Assembly (NCBI GenBank): GCA_977862235.1
Contig: OZ374565.1
Span: 62,001 to 126,000 of the forward strand
From: Dudresnaya verticillata
Taxonomy: Eukaryota
DNA length: 64,000 nucleotides
Direction of reading: 5' to 3'
The translations under genes and the position numbers were made by a program. The notes below the pieces were generated by a model. The model saw only the letters and a list, made by a program, of their open reading frames with translations, was not told where the DNA came from and did not search any database. Shown here one piece after another: positions 17,805 to 29,958 of the stretch (positions within the stretch are counted from its first letter, which is position 1; the number at the start of each line of letters is the position of its first letter).

Positions 17805-20800
17805 AACGGAGTACTCGCCAATGTCACCCTGAATTGCCAGAGTCAGAGCAAATTGACACGAGCTCGAACGCTCCGCCTAATTTACTATCTGGCATGAAAA
17901 ATCCGATTCTGTTTAGTGCGTTAAAAAAGGGGAAAAGCCAAAAAATAGAAAACAGAAAAATCCAAGAAGTAGAAATAGACCCTACATGCATATTCTCAAC
18001 ACCGGTATAGAAGACATTAAGTTGGACAGTAGCTCAAATGACTTCCACGGGGCTTGCATAGACACTGGAGCTCAACGCAGTGTAATTGGAAAGCAACAGG
18101 CAAAAGCATATTGCAAGAAGGTTGGAGTCCAATTCAAGCATAAAGCTTCTCCGCTAAGGTACCGTCTTGGAAAGGGAACATTTTCTGCAATAGGTTCAAT
18201 CCCAGTTAGAATTTGTACGCCTGATGGAAAAGTTCTGAGGTTGAACGTTGACGTTATTGATGTGAAATTCCATTCTTACTTGGTCTAGATTTTCTAGATA
18301 GAGAGAAAATATTCGCGGACAACGTTGACAATCAGCTGGTCTGCAAACTAGGATGGCATATGCCAATCGTTCGCAAGTTCGGTCATCTTTATGTCGATTG
18401 GACGGACTACGCCGTCAACTTTACCAAAGCAGAGCTGAAGAAACTCCATCTACACTTCTATCATCCTACTGTACAGAAGCTTTACGCTCTGCTCAAAAGA
18501 GCTAAACCTGAAGAGGTTGACCACGACACGAAGAAGCTTCTAAACAAAATTACTACAGCATGAAGTGCAACACCCAAACACGGGGATTGCCCCAACCGTG
18601 TTCGACGCGGTCTCCCGCGGTTAGGTAGCAGGCGCCACGCGGTGAGGCGGGCGCCTGTGTGCTGGTAGAGCAGCCGAGACACGGGGTGTGCCCCGGGGAT
18701 AGTGTAACCGGGGTCGACTGTAAACCCCCGATCCACCTGAAGTGCCGTAGTGCACGTAAACGTAGCGACGGCGATACACGCCGGTAGGATGGCGCGGAAG
18801 AGGGACTCAGAACAGGGTACGTAGCCCGAGTTGCGTCCGGTGGTGACACCGGAAGCAAAGTCGGGGGTATCCTCAGGTTCCGAGACCAACTTGGCGCTTT
18901 ACTGTGAGAGGGGCTCACCCCGTATACTAAGTATCCCCCGCGGGAGGTGCGCGCGCGTGTCTGGCGCCGTGCGCCTGACACTTGGCATGTGCGCGCACCG
19001 CGGGCTCACTAAAATATCGCGCAAAAATATCTAGCGTAGAAATACTACTAGCGCACTGTAAATCAGTGTAAACTAAGGGTGCGCGTTGCTGGCGTGCACC
19101 CGATCGAGGACTCCCTCGGATATGTTCGGCGCGCGTGTCGCGCGTGTAAACGTGGATGAGTGCGCATACCAGTGCGCGTGTATGTGAGCGGGCGTCCGCG
19201 CAAAAACAGGTTCCGGGCACTGCACCACACAGCATGCCAAACTTGTCAAAGATTCACTCCACGACAACAGAGTTTCAAGGTTTCATTTCCAAAGGGAATC
19301 GTATTTAACCAAGAGCTCGCATTGGATTTAATGTTTCTTGACGGAATGGCAGTACTACATGTCGTGGACTTGCAAACGCATTTTAGTGCAGCAACATTTT
19401 TGGCTGGTCAATCGATACAGGCTACTTGGTATGCATTCTTGGAATGCTGGGCTACCGTATACACTGGTTTCCCAGACTCTATTAAGACAGACCAAGGAAG
19501 CATATTTACTTCACCAAAGTGGAAAGAAATTATGGACGCCTACGGTATTGCGTTTACACTTACCGCCGTAGAAAGCCATAATTCCTTAGGTGCTGGTGAA
19601 AGGTATCACGCACCATTGAGAAGGATTTATCACAAAATCCGACATTCTCAGCCGAATATTGATGTCATGATGGCTCTTAGATTAGCTGTCAAGGCGATGA
19701 ATGATACTATGAACCCTGAGGGGCTCGTTCCTTCCCTCCTCGTCTTCGGTGTTCTACCAAGGTTTCCTGGAGCATCTCAGTCCTTACCTGATCAGCAAGA
19801 AAGAATGCAGGCACTCTTGCTTGCTAGACTTGAGATGGAAATTATTTCTAACCAACTCCGTTTACGGAAGGCATTAGAATCGAGGCTTCCGCAAGCTGCT
19901 TCCCATGAGCTGGAAGTTGGACAGGAAGTTCTAGTGTATCGAGAAGATGAGAAACCGATCAAATGGACTGGCCCGTTCAAGATCAAGAGATTAGAAGGGA
20001 AGCAAGTGTTCATAGATCGAGATGGTACTGAGGCTCAACACTCAGTAGCCCAAGTCAAGCCGTTCCTTCAAGAGGAGGAAGTCGGTGAAAACTTTGTGGA
20101 CGTACTACACTCAATGGTAAGGCCTTTCGTTTCCTGCAAAGGCAGGGAACAAGAACCAGCTAGAGTGTATGTCACTGAAGTTCTACATCCAAGAGACCCT
20201 AGAGGAGGCTCTCCAGAGTTCTTGGAAGCTAAGAAGAAAGAGATTAAAGGTCTCATTGAGAAGGGTACTTGGAAATTAGTACTGAGAGAAGACGTCCCCA
20301 ATAACGCAAACATATTGAATGGTAGATTTGTTTTGGCTATCAAGAATGCCAATACTAACGAAGAGATTTTCAAAGCAAGATATGTGGTCCAAGGACATAA
20401 GGATAAGGAGAAGAACTTCTTGATCCACAATTCTACCAACGTGAGACAGAGTTCTACACGACTGATGATGGCAATAGCTTCTATGTATGGCTTCCGCGTC
20501 TGGAGTCATGATGTTAAACAAGCTTACTTGCAGAGCTCAGAACAAATTTTGAGAAAGGTCTATTTGAAGCCCTCAAAGGAGTTCGAGCTAGCACTCAACC
20601 AGTTGTTAGAGCTTCTCAAACCATTGTATGGTCTACCAGATTCTGGAGATTACTGGAACCAGACCATGCTACTGCATCTTACAAAGGACCTGTACATGCA
20701 GCGGACTGTCAGTGATGTTTCCTTGTTCTTCAGGTACATCGACGGAAAACTCGCAGGAATGACGGGTTCCTATGTAGATGATTCGTTACACTGTGGTAAC

Positions 20801-21702
20801 GAAAAGTTTCTGAAACTTTCCGACAAGTCTTTAGAAAAGTTCGAATCAAGAGAAAGAGAGTTCGATGATGTTGTGTTCGCAGGAGTGGCCGTCAAGAACT
20901 CTCCAAATGGATTTCAGCTTGGACAAGAAGACTACATAAGGAAGCTTTCTATCCTCCCGTTAGATTGTAGTTACTCTGATTTCAGGTCCAGTCGTGCTAA
21001 ATTAGCATGGGTTACTCACACTAGACCTGACATATGTTTTATGGTGAACAAATTAGCACAACAGCAGCAAAGTTCGACATCGGACAAATTAAGAAATTGA
21101 ACAAGGTCGTTAAGAAGATTCAGAAGGATCCGAAGAGATGCCTACAGTATCAAAAGTTGGACTTCCGCACGTTACATCTCAAGGTGTACGCTGACTCGTC
21201 ATTTGCTAATAACGAAGATCAGACCTCTCAGCTAGGCTACATCGTCCTACTAGCAGATGATTCGGGCAAATGCAGCATAACTCACTACTCCAGCCACAAG
21301 AGCAGACGCGTCGTTCGGTCTGTACTTGGCGGGGAAGTATATGCCTTCGCTGATGCTTTTGATTTCTCTTTCACCCTGAAGCACGACCCTGAGCGCATTC
21401 TGAAGAAGAGAATCCCACTCAAGATCTTCACGGATTCTCGTAGCTTGTTTGACGTAATCACGAAAGCGTCTTCCACTACTGAGAAAAGGCTAATGATAGA
21501 CATCAGAGCCGTTCGGAATGCTTATGATGCAAAAGAGATATCTGATGTTGGTTTCATTCGTTCTCAGCATAACCCGGCTGATTCGTTTACCAAAGAAGGA
21601 GCAAATGATGCGCTCCATGACATTGTTTCAAAGGGAAAATACGACCATCCTATCGAACAATGGGTTGTTCGAGACTGGAATACTTCACTAAAAATGTCTT
21701 AG
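17801..21702 (+). pseudogene. pol: Copia pol (protease, integrase, RT, RNase H), disrupted, unit 1
   Basis: IDTGAQRS; HLHFYH...CQTC; DLMF, TDQGS, GERYH; HDVKQAYLQS, LYGL, YVDD; frameshifts near 17980, 18265 and 21060, and a solo LTR insertion at 18561. Confidence 0.9.
18561..19229. mobile_element. Solo LTR (669 bp) nested in the integrase zinc finger; copies at 25481, 32401, 39321, 46241, 53161 and 60081
   Basis: TGAAGTGCA...TGCACCACA termini; 5-bp TSD CAGCA (18556-18560 and 19230-19234); removal restores ITTA-CQTC; GC-rich. Confidence 0.85.
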
Positions 21703-21731
21703 TCTGCAAAAGTGACCAAGAAGGATTAAGC

Positions 21732-21744
21732 GAAAGAGACGGGA
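21732..21744 (+). promoter_or_regulatory. Polypurine tract (recurs every 6920 bp)
   Basis: GAAAGAGACGGGA between the RNase H stop and the start of the next LTR. Confidence 0.7.
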
Positions 21745-22219
21745 CTTTGGAAAGACTGAAGCAGACTGACTGCTGAGGGTGCCAGATTGGCGCTTAGATG
21801 CGACACAGTTGTATCTACGTCGCAATAAATCTACTTAGTCTTTATTTACTTTTGCTACAGTAAAATATTTTCTAGTGGATAGGTCGTACATTTAGAGACT
21901 AGAGCTAGTCTTTATGTGAAGATAGAGTTAGTCTTTTATTTAGTAGACTAACGCTGCAAAACTAGCTCTAAAAGTACGGTTTTACCTGCCGGAGTCTTGG
22001 CTAGCAAGCGCTCCGGCAGAGTATAAAGGGCCTCCCTCGCCGGCCAACTCGGCGAGGAAAGGACACACATTATCAACTCAAACCACCACCCCCAAGCCAT
22101 TACTTGACATTTCCATATTTACCGTCAACCGCTGTACGCATCGTGTGTATTTTTCCCGTTTTTGCTTACAGCCGCGCCGGTTCTGCCACATTGATCAATT
22201 ACGCTCTACCGCCGCCGTT

Positions 22220-22948
22220 ATGCCGCTACGAAGCGTCCTAAGTAAGTTTTTCATTTAATTTTTGCCTGGGTCTTTGCTCTTGCAAGTGGTAAATTCTCTT
22301 TGCTCGATTTGGTGTGCTTGAAGTGCTATAATCCCAAATTAAGTCACTGACGATTTGCCATTTATTTTTGAACCAATCGTAATTTGGCTTGCAACAGTTC
22401 CGACCACAGCCGCCTCGACACCTGTCTTGGCGGCGGGCATCGTTGCCTCCGGCGGCGCGGCCAATCTACGGGCCCCCGTTGCGACTGTAAGTGCTACCGT
22501 TACAGTCCCGGAGTGCAACGAAATTAAAAGTGCCGCCGTGCGCACTATACGGACCAACGCCGTATCTAAGGGCCTATCTACGTCCCCGCCTTCGTCGCAC
22601 GCACTACCGCCTGTGCCGCGCAAGCCCGCCGTCGCCGCGCCGCGTCCCGCGCAGCTACAGCGGTTGAACCGGCGCAAGGCGAAAGTCCTGGCCGACAAGG
22701 TAAATAAGGCCGCCAAGAAAACGCGTCGGGCACCGCGCGCGAAGCGTTTCTGCAAGCTGTGCAAGATTTCTTGCAACGGGCCGAAACCGTGGCTCGACCA
22801 TATCGAGTCACGTGCCCATATTCAAGCACGCGATAATCGGCGCGAGCTACCGCGCTGTAAACCGTGCCACCGCACATTCGAGTCTCACGGACACCTGTCC
22901 CGCCACTTGAACAGTAAGGGCCACCTCGACGTAATTTCGAAACTCTAG
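22220..22948 (+). CDS. Zinc-finger gene, unit 2
   Basis: Copy of 15300-16028. Confidence 0.75.
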
Positions 22949-23038
22949 ATTCTTTTGATAAAATTTGTTGCTTTCAAAAGAATTGTCTCAACTTAACAAA
23001 AGTTTCGAAATATCGTACACGTCCAAACCCGACCTGTA

Positions 23039-24724
23039 ATGGCGGACTCTGAGGATACCACCCTGCCACCTCAAGGGCTACCCACCCACGGTAACCAAGG
23101 TGCTCCCGTCAGCTCCGCGAACGAGTTGGAGGAAACCGACTCAGAGGCATCTTCCTTGCATACTACCGTACCGTTTGCAGAAAATACCCGCCTTCACACC
23201 GTTGCACAGAAGACGTTTGTGGATGTCATCCGCACGCATCAGGAGTGCAATGTGACTGGTTCAGACTTCCTTGACATGTTTTGGGAAGACTATCCACCTT
23301 CTTTACTATTCGATGTTGCTATTGCATGTAATTTTGCTTTGATGAGAAGACTTGCCCTATTCTTACCAAGTAAGGTTGGTGTACCGTATGCTCCACATGA
23401 GTCGGGAGATGTTCTCAACCGGCTAGCTGTATCAATCTATGAAGGTCCCTATCTTGCTTCAGCGTACCGTCATATCAGGAGCATGGTTTTGTCTCTCGGC
23501 AGTATCAACAGATCTGATTCGAGTATCGGTTCATCATCTCGCGACTCTGTTCCCAGAAGTCATGGCAGTAAATCTGAACGCCCGGAACGACACCTAGCGC
23601 TAAAAACTGAGGATGGTAACGAAGACTCGGATCAGCCATCTGGTGCTACTATAGGTGCTCGGTCACCGGCTCACAACATGGCCGTTCGCTTCAAGGATGA
23701 TTCCAAGAAGTTCTCTGGTGCTTTAGGAGAATGCTGGAAGGAATACTTGGAGGACTATGTTGATGCCGCTACTGACTACGAGTTGACCGAAAAACAGAAG
23801 CTGCAGTATCTTCCCAATATCCTTAAGGCTAGTGCTAAAAGGTACTTTAACCGCAAAGTTAAGCACTCAGCTCACTCCTTCACAGCTGCAGATGATATGA
23901 TGGAAGCGTATTTCAACTCCATCTCTCGACAGCATCGTATCGAGAATCATCCCAATATGCTCCGCATCGAGAAGTTCGTTTCAGGGACAGTTAACCTCAG
24001 TGATGCATTGCAGAAAGTCGATGAGCAGATCTCAACGCTCGCTCCACAAGGCCCAATGCACTGTCATGCTGAAGCTAACATGGTCGTCTACCTTCGTCGA
24101 GCAGTCATTGGACACTCGTGGGCTAAGGAACCAATCAGCCGTGCTTCAGCTGAAAGGCTGACTTACCAAGAGTTCTTCTCTCAACTCGAATCGGCTATTC
24201 AGCAGAACAGAGAGGAGAAATCCCATAGGGCTCAGATGAATCCCCGCAGCCGTTTTATCGGAGCTCCGCAGCCTGATTTTCCTAACACTCTACTTGCTAG
24301 ATACGGAAGAGACAAGACCGTGGCTTTTGCCAGAGGTAATAGTAAGCCGGTCTCTGCCCAATCAAGCAATATCGTGTGTTTCAATTGCGGAAAGAACCAC
24401 ATGATTAGAGATTGTAAGGAAGTCATGGACGCAGCAGCAATTGCCGCACGAAAAGTTCAGTTTTATCAGAGGAAGAAGTTCGGAAATAATCAGAACAAAG
24501 CTTTGAAGCGAGTTTTGTTTGAAGTTTGCGAACAACTGAAACCTGAGCCTGAGATTGAGGATGCCCACACATTCTTCAACGTCAGTGAAGAAGTAGAAGA
24601 GGAGATTCAAATCCGAGGTTCGGGAGATGAAAGAGAGTCGGAAGACGAAGAAGAAGAAGAAGACTCTATCGAACAGTTCTATCAGTCCATTGAGGGTTCC
24701 ATTCCCAATGGGTTGGATTTTTAG
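23039..24724 (+). CDS. gag: Copia gag, unit 2
   Basis: Copy of 16119-17804. Confidence 0.8.
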   Translation: MADSEDTTLPPQGLPTHGNQGAPVSSANELEETDSEASSLHTTVPFAENTRLHTVAQKTFVDVIRTHQECNVTGSDFLDMFWEDYPPSLLFDVAIACNFALMRRLALFLPSKVGVPYAPHESGDVLNRLAVSIYEGPYLASAYRHIRSMVLSLGSINRSDSSIGSSSRDSVPRSHGSKSERPERHLALKTEDGNEDSDQPSGATIGARSPAHNMAVRFKDDSKKFSGALGECWKEYLEDYVDAATDYELTEKQKLQYLPNILKASAKRYFNRKVKHSAHSFTAADDMMEAYFNSISRQHRIENHPNMLRIEKFVSGTVNLSDALQKVDEQISTLAPQGPMHCHAEANMVVYLRRAVIGHSWAKEPISRASAERLTYQEFFSQLESAIQQNREEKSHRAQMNPRSRFIGAPQPDFPNTLLARYGRDKTVAFARGNSKPVSAQSSNIVCFNCGKNHMIRDCKEVMDAAAIAARKVQFYQRKKFGNNQNKALKRVLFEVCEQLKPEPEIEDAHTFFNVSEEVEEEIQIRGSGDERESEDEEEEEDSIEQFYQSIEGSIPNGLDF

Positions 24725-27700
24725 AACGGAGTACTCGCCAATGTCACCCTGAATTGCCAGAGTCAGAGCAAATTGACACGAGCTCGAACGCTCCGCCTAA
24801 TTTACTATCTGGCATGAAAAATCCGATTCTGTTTAGTGCGTTAAAAAAGGGGAAAAGCCAAAAAATAGAAAACAGAAAAATCCAAGAAGTAGAAATAGAC
24901 CCTACATGCATATTCTCAACACCGGTATAGAAGACATTAAGTTGGACAGTAGCTCAAATGACTTCCACGGGGCTTGCATAGACACTGGAGCTCAACGCAG
25001 TGTAATTGGAAAGCAACAGGCAAAAGCATATTGCAAGAAGGTTGGAGTCCAATTCAAGCATAAAGCTTCTCCGCTAAGGTACCGTCTTGGAAAGGGAACA
25101 TTTTCTGCAATAGGTTCAATCCCAGTTAGAATTTGTACGCCTGATGGAAAAGTTCTGAGGTTGAACGTTGACGTTATTGATGTGAAATTCCATTCTTACT
25201 TGGTCTAGATTTTCTAGATAGAGAGAAAATATTCGCGGACAACGTTGACAATCAGCTGGTCTGCAAACTAGGATGGCATATGCCAATCGTTCGCAAGTTC
25301 GGTCATCTTTATGTCGATTGGACGGACTACGCCGTCAACTTTACCAAAGCAGAGCTGAAGAAACTCCATCTACACTTCTATCATCCTACTGTACAGAAGC
25401 TTTACGCTCTGCTCAAAAGAGCTAAACCTGAAGAGGTTGACCACGACACGAAGAAGCTTCTAAACAAAATTACTACAGCATGAAGTGCAACACCCAAACA
25501 CGGGGATTGCCCCAACCGTGTTCGACGCGGTCTCCCGCGGTTAGGTAGCAGGCGCCACGCGGTGAGGCGGGCGCCTGTGTGCTGGTAGAGCAGCCGAGAC
25601 ACGGGGTGTGCCCCGGGGATAGTGTAACCGGGGTCGACTGTAAACCCCCGATCCACCTGAAGTGCCGTAGTGCACGTAAACGTAGCGACGGCGATACACG
25701 CCGGTAGGATGGCGCGGAAGAGGGACTCAGAACAGGGTACGTAGCCCGAGTTGCGTCCGGTGGTGACACCGGAAGCAAAGTCGGGGGTATCCTCAGGTTC
25801 CGAGACCAACTTGGCGCTTTACTGTGAGAGGGGCTCACCCCGTATACTAAGTATCCCCCGCGGGAGGTGCGCGCGCGTGTCTGGCGCCGTGCGCCTGACA
25901 CTTGGCATGTGCGCGCACCGCGGGCTCACTAAAATATCGCGCAAAAATATCTAGCGTAGAAATACTACTAGCGCACTGTAAATCAGTGTAAACTAAGGGT
26001 GCGCGTTGCTGGCGTGCACCCGATCGAGGACTCCCTCGGATATGTTCGGCGCGCGTGTCGCGCGTGTAAACGTGGATGAGTGCGCATACCAGTGCGCGTG
26101 TATGTGAGCGGGCGTCCGCGCAAAAACAGGTTCCGGGCACTGCACCACACAGCATGCCAAACTTGTCAAAGATTCACTCCACGACAACAGAGTTTCAAGG
26201 TTTCATTTCCAAAGGGAATCGTATTTAACCAAGAGCTCGCATTGGATTTAATGTTTCTTGACGGAATGGCAGTACTACATGTCGTGGACTTGCAAACGCA
26301 TTTTAGTGCAGCAACATTTTTGGCTGGTCAATCGATACAGGCTACTTGGTATGCATTCTTGGAATGCTGGGCTACCGTATACACTGGTTTCCCAGACTCT
26401 ATTAAGACAGACCAAGGAAGCATATTTACTTCACCAAAGTGGAAAGAAATTATGGACGCCTACGGTATTGCGTTTACACTTACCGCCGTAGAAAGCCATA
26501 ATTCCTTAGGTGCTGGTGAAAGGTATCACGCACCATTGAGAAGGATTTATCACAAAATCCGACATTCTCAGCCGAATATTGATGTCATGATGGCTCTTAG
26601 ATTAGCTGTCAAGGCGATGAATGATACTATGAACCCTGAGGGGCTCGTTCCTTCCCTCCTCGTCTTCGGTGTTCTACCAAGGTTTCCTGGAGCATCTCAG
26701 TCCTTACCTGATCAGCAAGAAAGAATGCAGGCACTCTTGCTTGCTAGACTTGAGATGGAAATTATTTCTAACCAACTCCGTTTACGGAAGGCATTAGAAT
26801 CGAGGCTTCCGCAAGCTGCTTCCCATGAGCTGGAAGTTGGACAGGAAGTTCTAGTGTATCGAGAAGATGAGAAACCGATCAAATGGACTGGCCCGTTCAA
26901 GATCAAGAGATTAGAAGGGAAGCAAGTGTTCATAGATCGAGATGGTACTGAGGCTCAACACTCAGTAGCCCAAGTCAAGCCGTTCCTTCAAGAGGAGGAA
27001 GTCGGTGAAAACTTTGTGGACGTACTACACTCAATGGTAAGGCCTTTCGTTTCCTGCAAAGGCAGGGAACAAGAACCAGCTAGAGTGTATGTCACTGAAG
27101 TTCTACATCCAAGAGACCCTAGAGGAGGCTCTCCAGAGTTCTTGGAAGCTAAGAAGAAAGAGATTAAAGGTCTCATTGAGAAGGGTACTTGGAAATTAGT
27201 ACTGAGAGAAGACGTCCCCAATAACGCAAACATATTGAATGGTAGATTTGTTTTGGCTATCAAGAATGCCAATACTAACGAAGAGATTTTCAAAGCAAGA
27301 TATGTGGTCCAAGGACATAAGGATAAGGAGAAGAACTTCTTGATCCACAATTCTACCAACGTGAGACAGAGTTCTACACGACTGATGATGGCAATAGCTT
27401 CTATGTATGGCTTCCGCGTCTGGAGTCATGATGTTAAACAAGCTTACTTGCAGAGCTCAGAACAAATTTTGAGAAAGGTCTATTTGAAGCCCTCAAAGGA
27501 GTTCGAGCTAGCACTCAACCAGTTGTTAGAGCTTCTCAAACCATTGTATGGTCTACCAGATTCTGGAGATTACTGGAACCAGACCATGCTACTGCATCTT
27601 ACAAAGGACCTGTACATGCAGCGGACTGTCAGTGATGTTTCCTTGTTCTTCAGGTACATCGACGGAAAACTCGCAGGAATGACGGGTTCCTATGTAGATG

Positions 27701-28622
27701 ATTCGTTACACTGTGGTAACGAAAAGTTTCTGAAACTTTCCGACAAGTCTTTAGAAAAGTTCGAATCAAGAGAAAGAGAGTTCGATGATGTTGTGTTCGC
27801 AGGAGTGGCCGTCAAGAACTCTCCAAATGGATTTCAGCTTGGACAAGAAGACTACATAAGGAAGCTTTCTATCCTCCCGTTAGATTGTAGTTACTCTGAT
27901 TTCAGGTCCAGTCGTGCTAAATTAGCATGGGTTACTCACACTAGACCTGACATATGTTTTATGGTGAACAAATTAGCACAACAGCAGCAAAGTTCGACAT
28001 CGGACAAATTAAGAAATTGAACAAGGTCGTTAAGAAGATTCAGAAGGATCCGAAGAGATGCCTACAGTATCAAAAGTTGGACTTCCGCACGTTACATCTC
28101 AAGGTGTACGCTGACTCGTCATTTGCTAATAACGAAGATCAGACCTCTCAGCTAGGCTACATCGTCCTACTAGCAGATGATTCGGGCAAATGCAGCATAA
28201 CTCACTACTCCAGCCACAAGAGCAGACGCGTCGTTCGGTCTGTACTTGGCGGGGAAGTATATGCCTTCGCTGATGCTTTTGATTTCTCTTTCACCCTGAA
28301 GCACGACCCTGAGCGCATTCTGAAGAAGAGAATCCCACTCAAGATCTTCACGGATTCTCGTAGCTTGTTTGACGTAATCACGAAAGCGTCTTCCACTACT
28401 GAGAAAAGGCTAATGATAGACATCAGAGCCGTTCGGAATGCTTATGATGCAAAAGAGATATCTGATGTTGGTTTCATTCGTTCTCAGCATAACCCGGCTG
28501 ATTCGTTTACCAAAGAAGGAGCAAATGATGCGCTCCATGACATTGTTTCAAAGGGAAAATACGACCATCCTATCGAACAATGGGTTGTTCGAGACTGGAA
28601 TACTTCACTAAAAATGTCTTAG
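24721..28622 (+). pseudogene. pol: Copia pol, disrupted, unit 2
   Basis: Same lesions as unit 1. Confidence 0.9.
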
Positions 28623-29139
28623 TCTGCAAAAGTGACCAAGAAGGATTAAGCGAAAGAGACGGGACTTTGGAAAGACTGAAGCAGACTGACTGCTGAGGGT
28701 GCCAGATTGGCGCTTAGATGCGACACAGTTGTATCTACGTCGCAATAAATCTACTTAGTCTTTATTTACTTTTGCTACAGTAAAATATTTTCTAGTGGAT
28801 AGGTCGTACATTTAGAGACTAGAGCTAGTCTTTATGTGAAGATAGAGTTAGTCTTTTATTTAGTAGACTAACGCTGCAAAACTAGCTCTAAAAGTACGGT
28901 TTTACCTGCCGGAGTCTTGGCTAGCAAGCGCTCCGGCAGAGTATAAAGGGCCTCCCTCGCCGGCCAACTCGGCGAGGAAAGGACACACATTATCAACTCA
29001 AACCACCACCCCCAAGCCATTACTTGACATTTCCATATTTACCGTCAACCGCTGTACGCATCGTGTGTATTTTTCCCGTTTTTGCTTACAGCCGCGCCGG
29101 TTCTGCCACATTGATCAATTACGCTCTACCGCCGCCGTT

Positions 29140-29868
29140 ATGCCGCTACGAAGCGTCCTAAGTAAGTTTTTCATTTAATTTTTGCCTGGGTCTTTGCTCT
29201 TGCAAGTGGTAAATTCTCTTTGCTCGATTTGGTGTGCTTGAAGTGCTATAATCCCAAATTAAGTCACTGACGATTTGCCATTTATTTTTGAACCAATCGT
29301 AATTTGGCTTGCAACAGTTCCGACCACAGCCGCCTCGACACCTGTCTTGGCGGCGGGCATCGTTGCCTCCGGCGGCGCGGCCAATCTACGGGCCCCCGTT
29401 GCGACTGTAAGTGCTACCGTTACAGTCCCGGAGTGCAACGAAATTAAAAGTGCCGCCGTGCGCACTATACGGACCAACGCCGTATCTAAGGGCCTATCTA
29501 CGTCCCCGCCTTCGTCGCACGCACTACCGCCTGTGCCGCGCAAGCCCGCCGTCGCCGCGCCGCGTCCCGCGCAGCTACAGCGGTTGAACCGGCGCAAGGC
29601 GAAAGTCCTGGCCGACAAGGTAAATAAGGCCGCCAAGAAAACGCGTCGGGCACCGCGCGCGAAGCGTTTCTGCAAGCTGTGCAAGATTTCTTGCAACGGG
29701 CCGAAACCGTGGCTCGACCATATCGAGTCACGTGCCCATATTCAAGCACGCGATAATCGGCGCGAGCTACCGCGCTGTAAACCGTGCCACCGCACATTCG
29801 AGTCTCACGGACACCTGTCCCGCCACTTGAACAGTAAGGGCCACCTCGACGTAATTTCGAAACTCTAG
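29140..29868 (+). CDS. Zinc-finger gene, unit 3
   Basis: Copy of 15300-16028. Confidence 0.75.
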
Positions 29869-29958
29869 ATTCTTTTGATAAAATTTGTTGCTTTCAAAAG
29901 AATTGTCTCAACTTAACAAAAGTTTCGAAATATCGTACACGTCCAAACCCGACCTGTA

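Larger units (their letters stand above)
14826..22190 (+). mobile_element. Ty1/Copia (GalEa-like) LTR retrotransposon, unit 1 (LTR - ZnF gene - gag - pol - PPT - LTR)
   Basis: Domain order PR-IN-RT-RH; YVDD; RNase H TDSRSL, EKRLMID, NPADSFTK; purine tract immediately before the repeat boundary. Confidence 0.9.

Noticed and set aside
19160..19234. N-terminus MRIPVRVY... of the 646-aa ORF as a real start
   Set aside because: Non-ATG start inside the inserted solo LTR; genuine pol sequence resumes at TACQTC.
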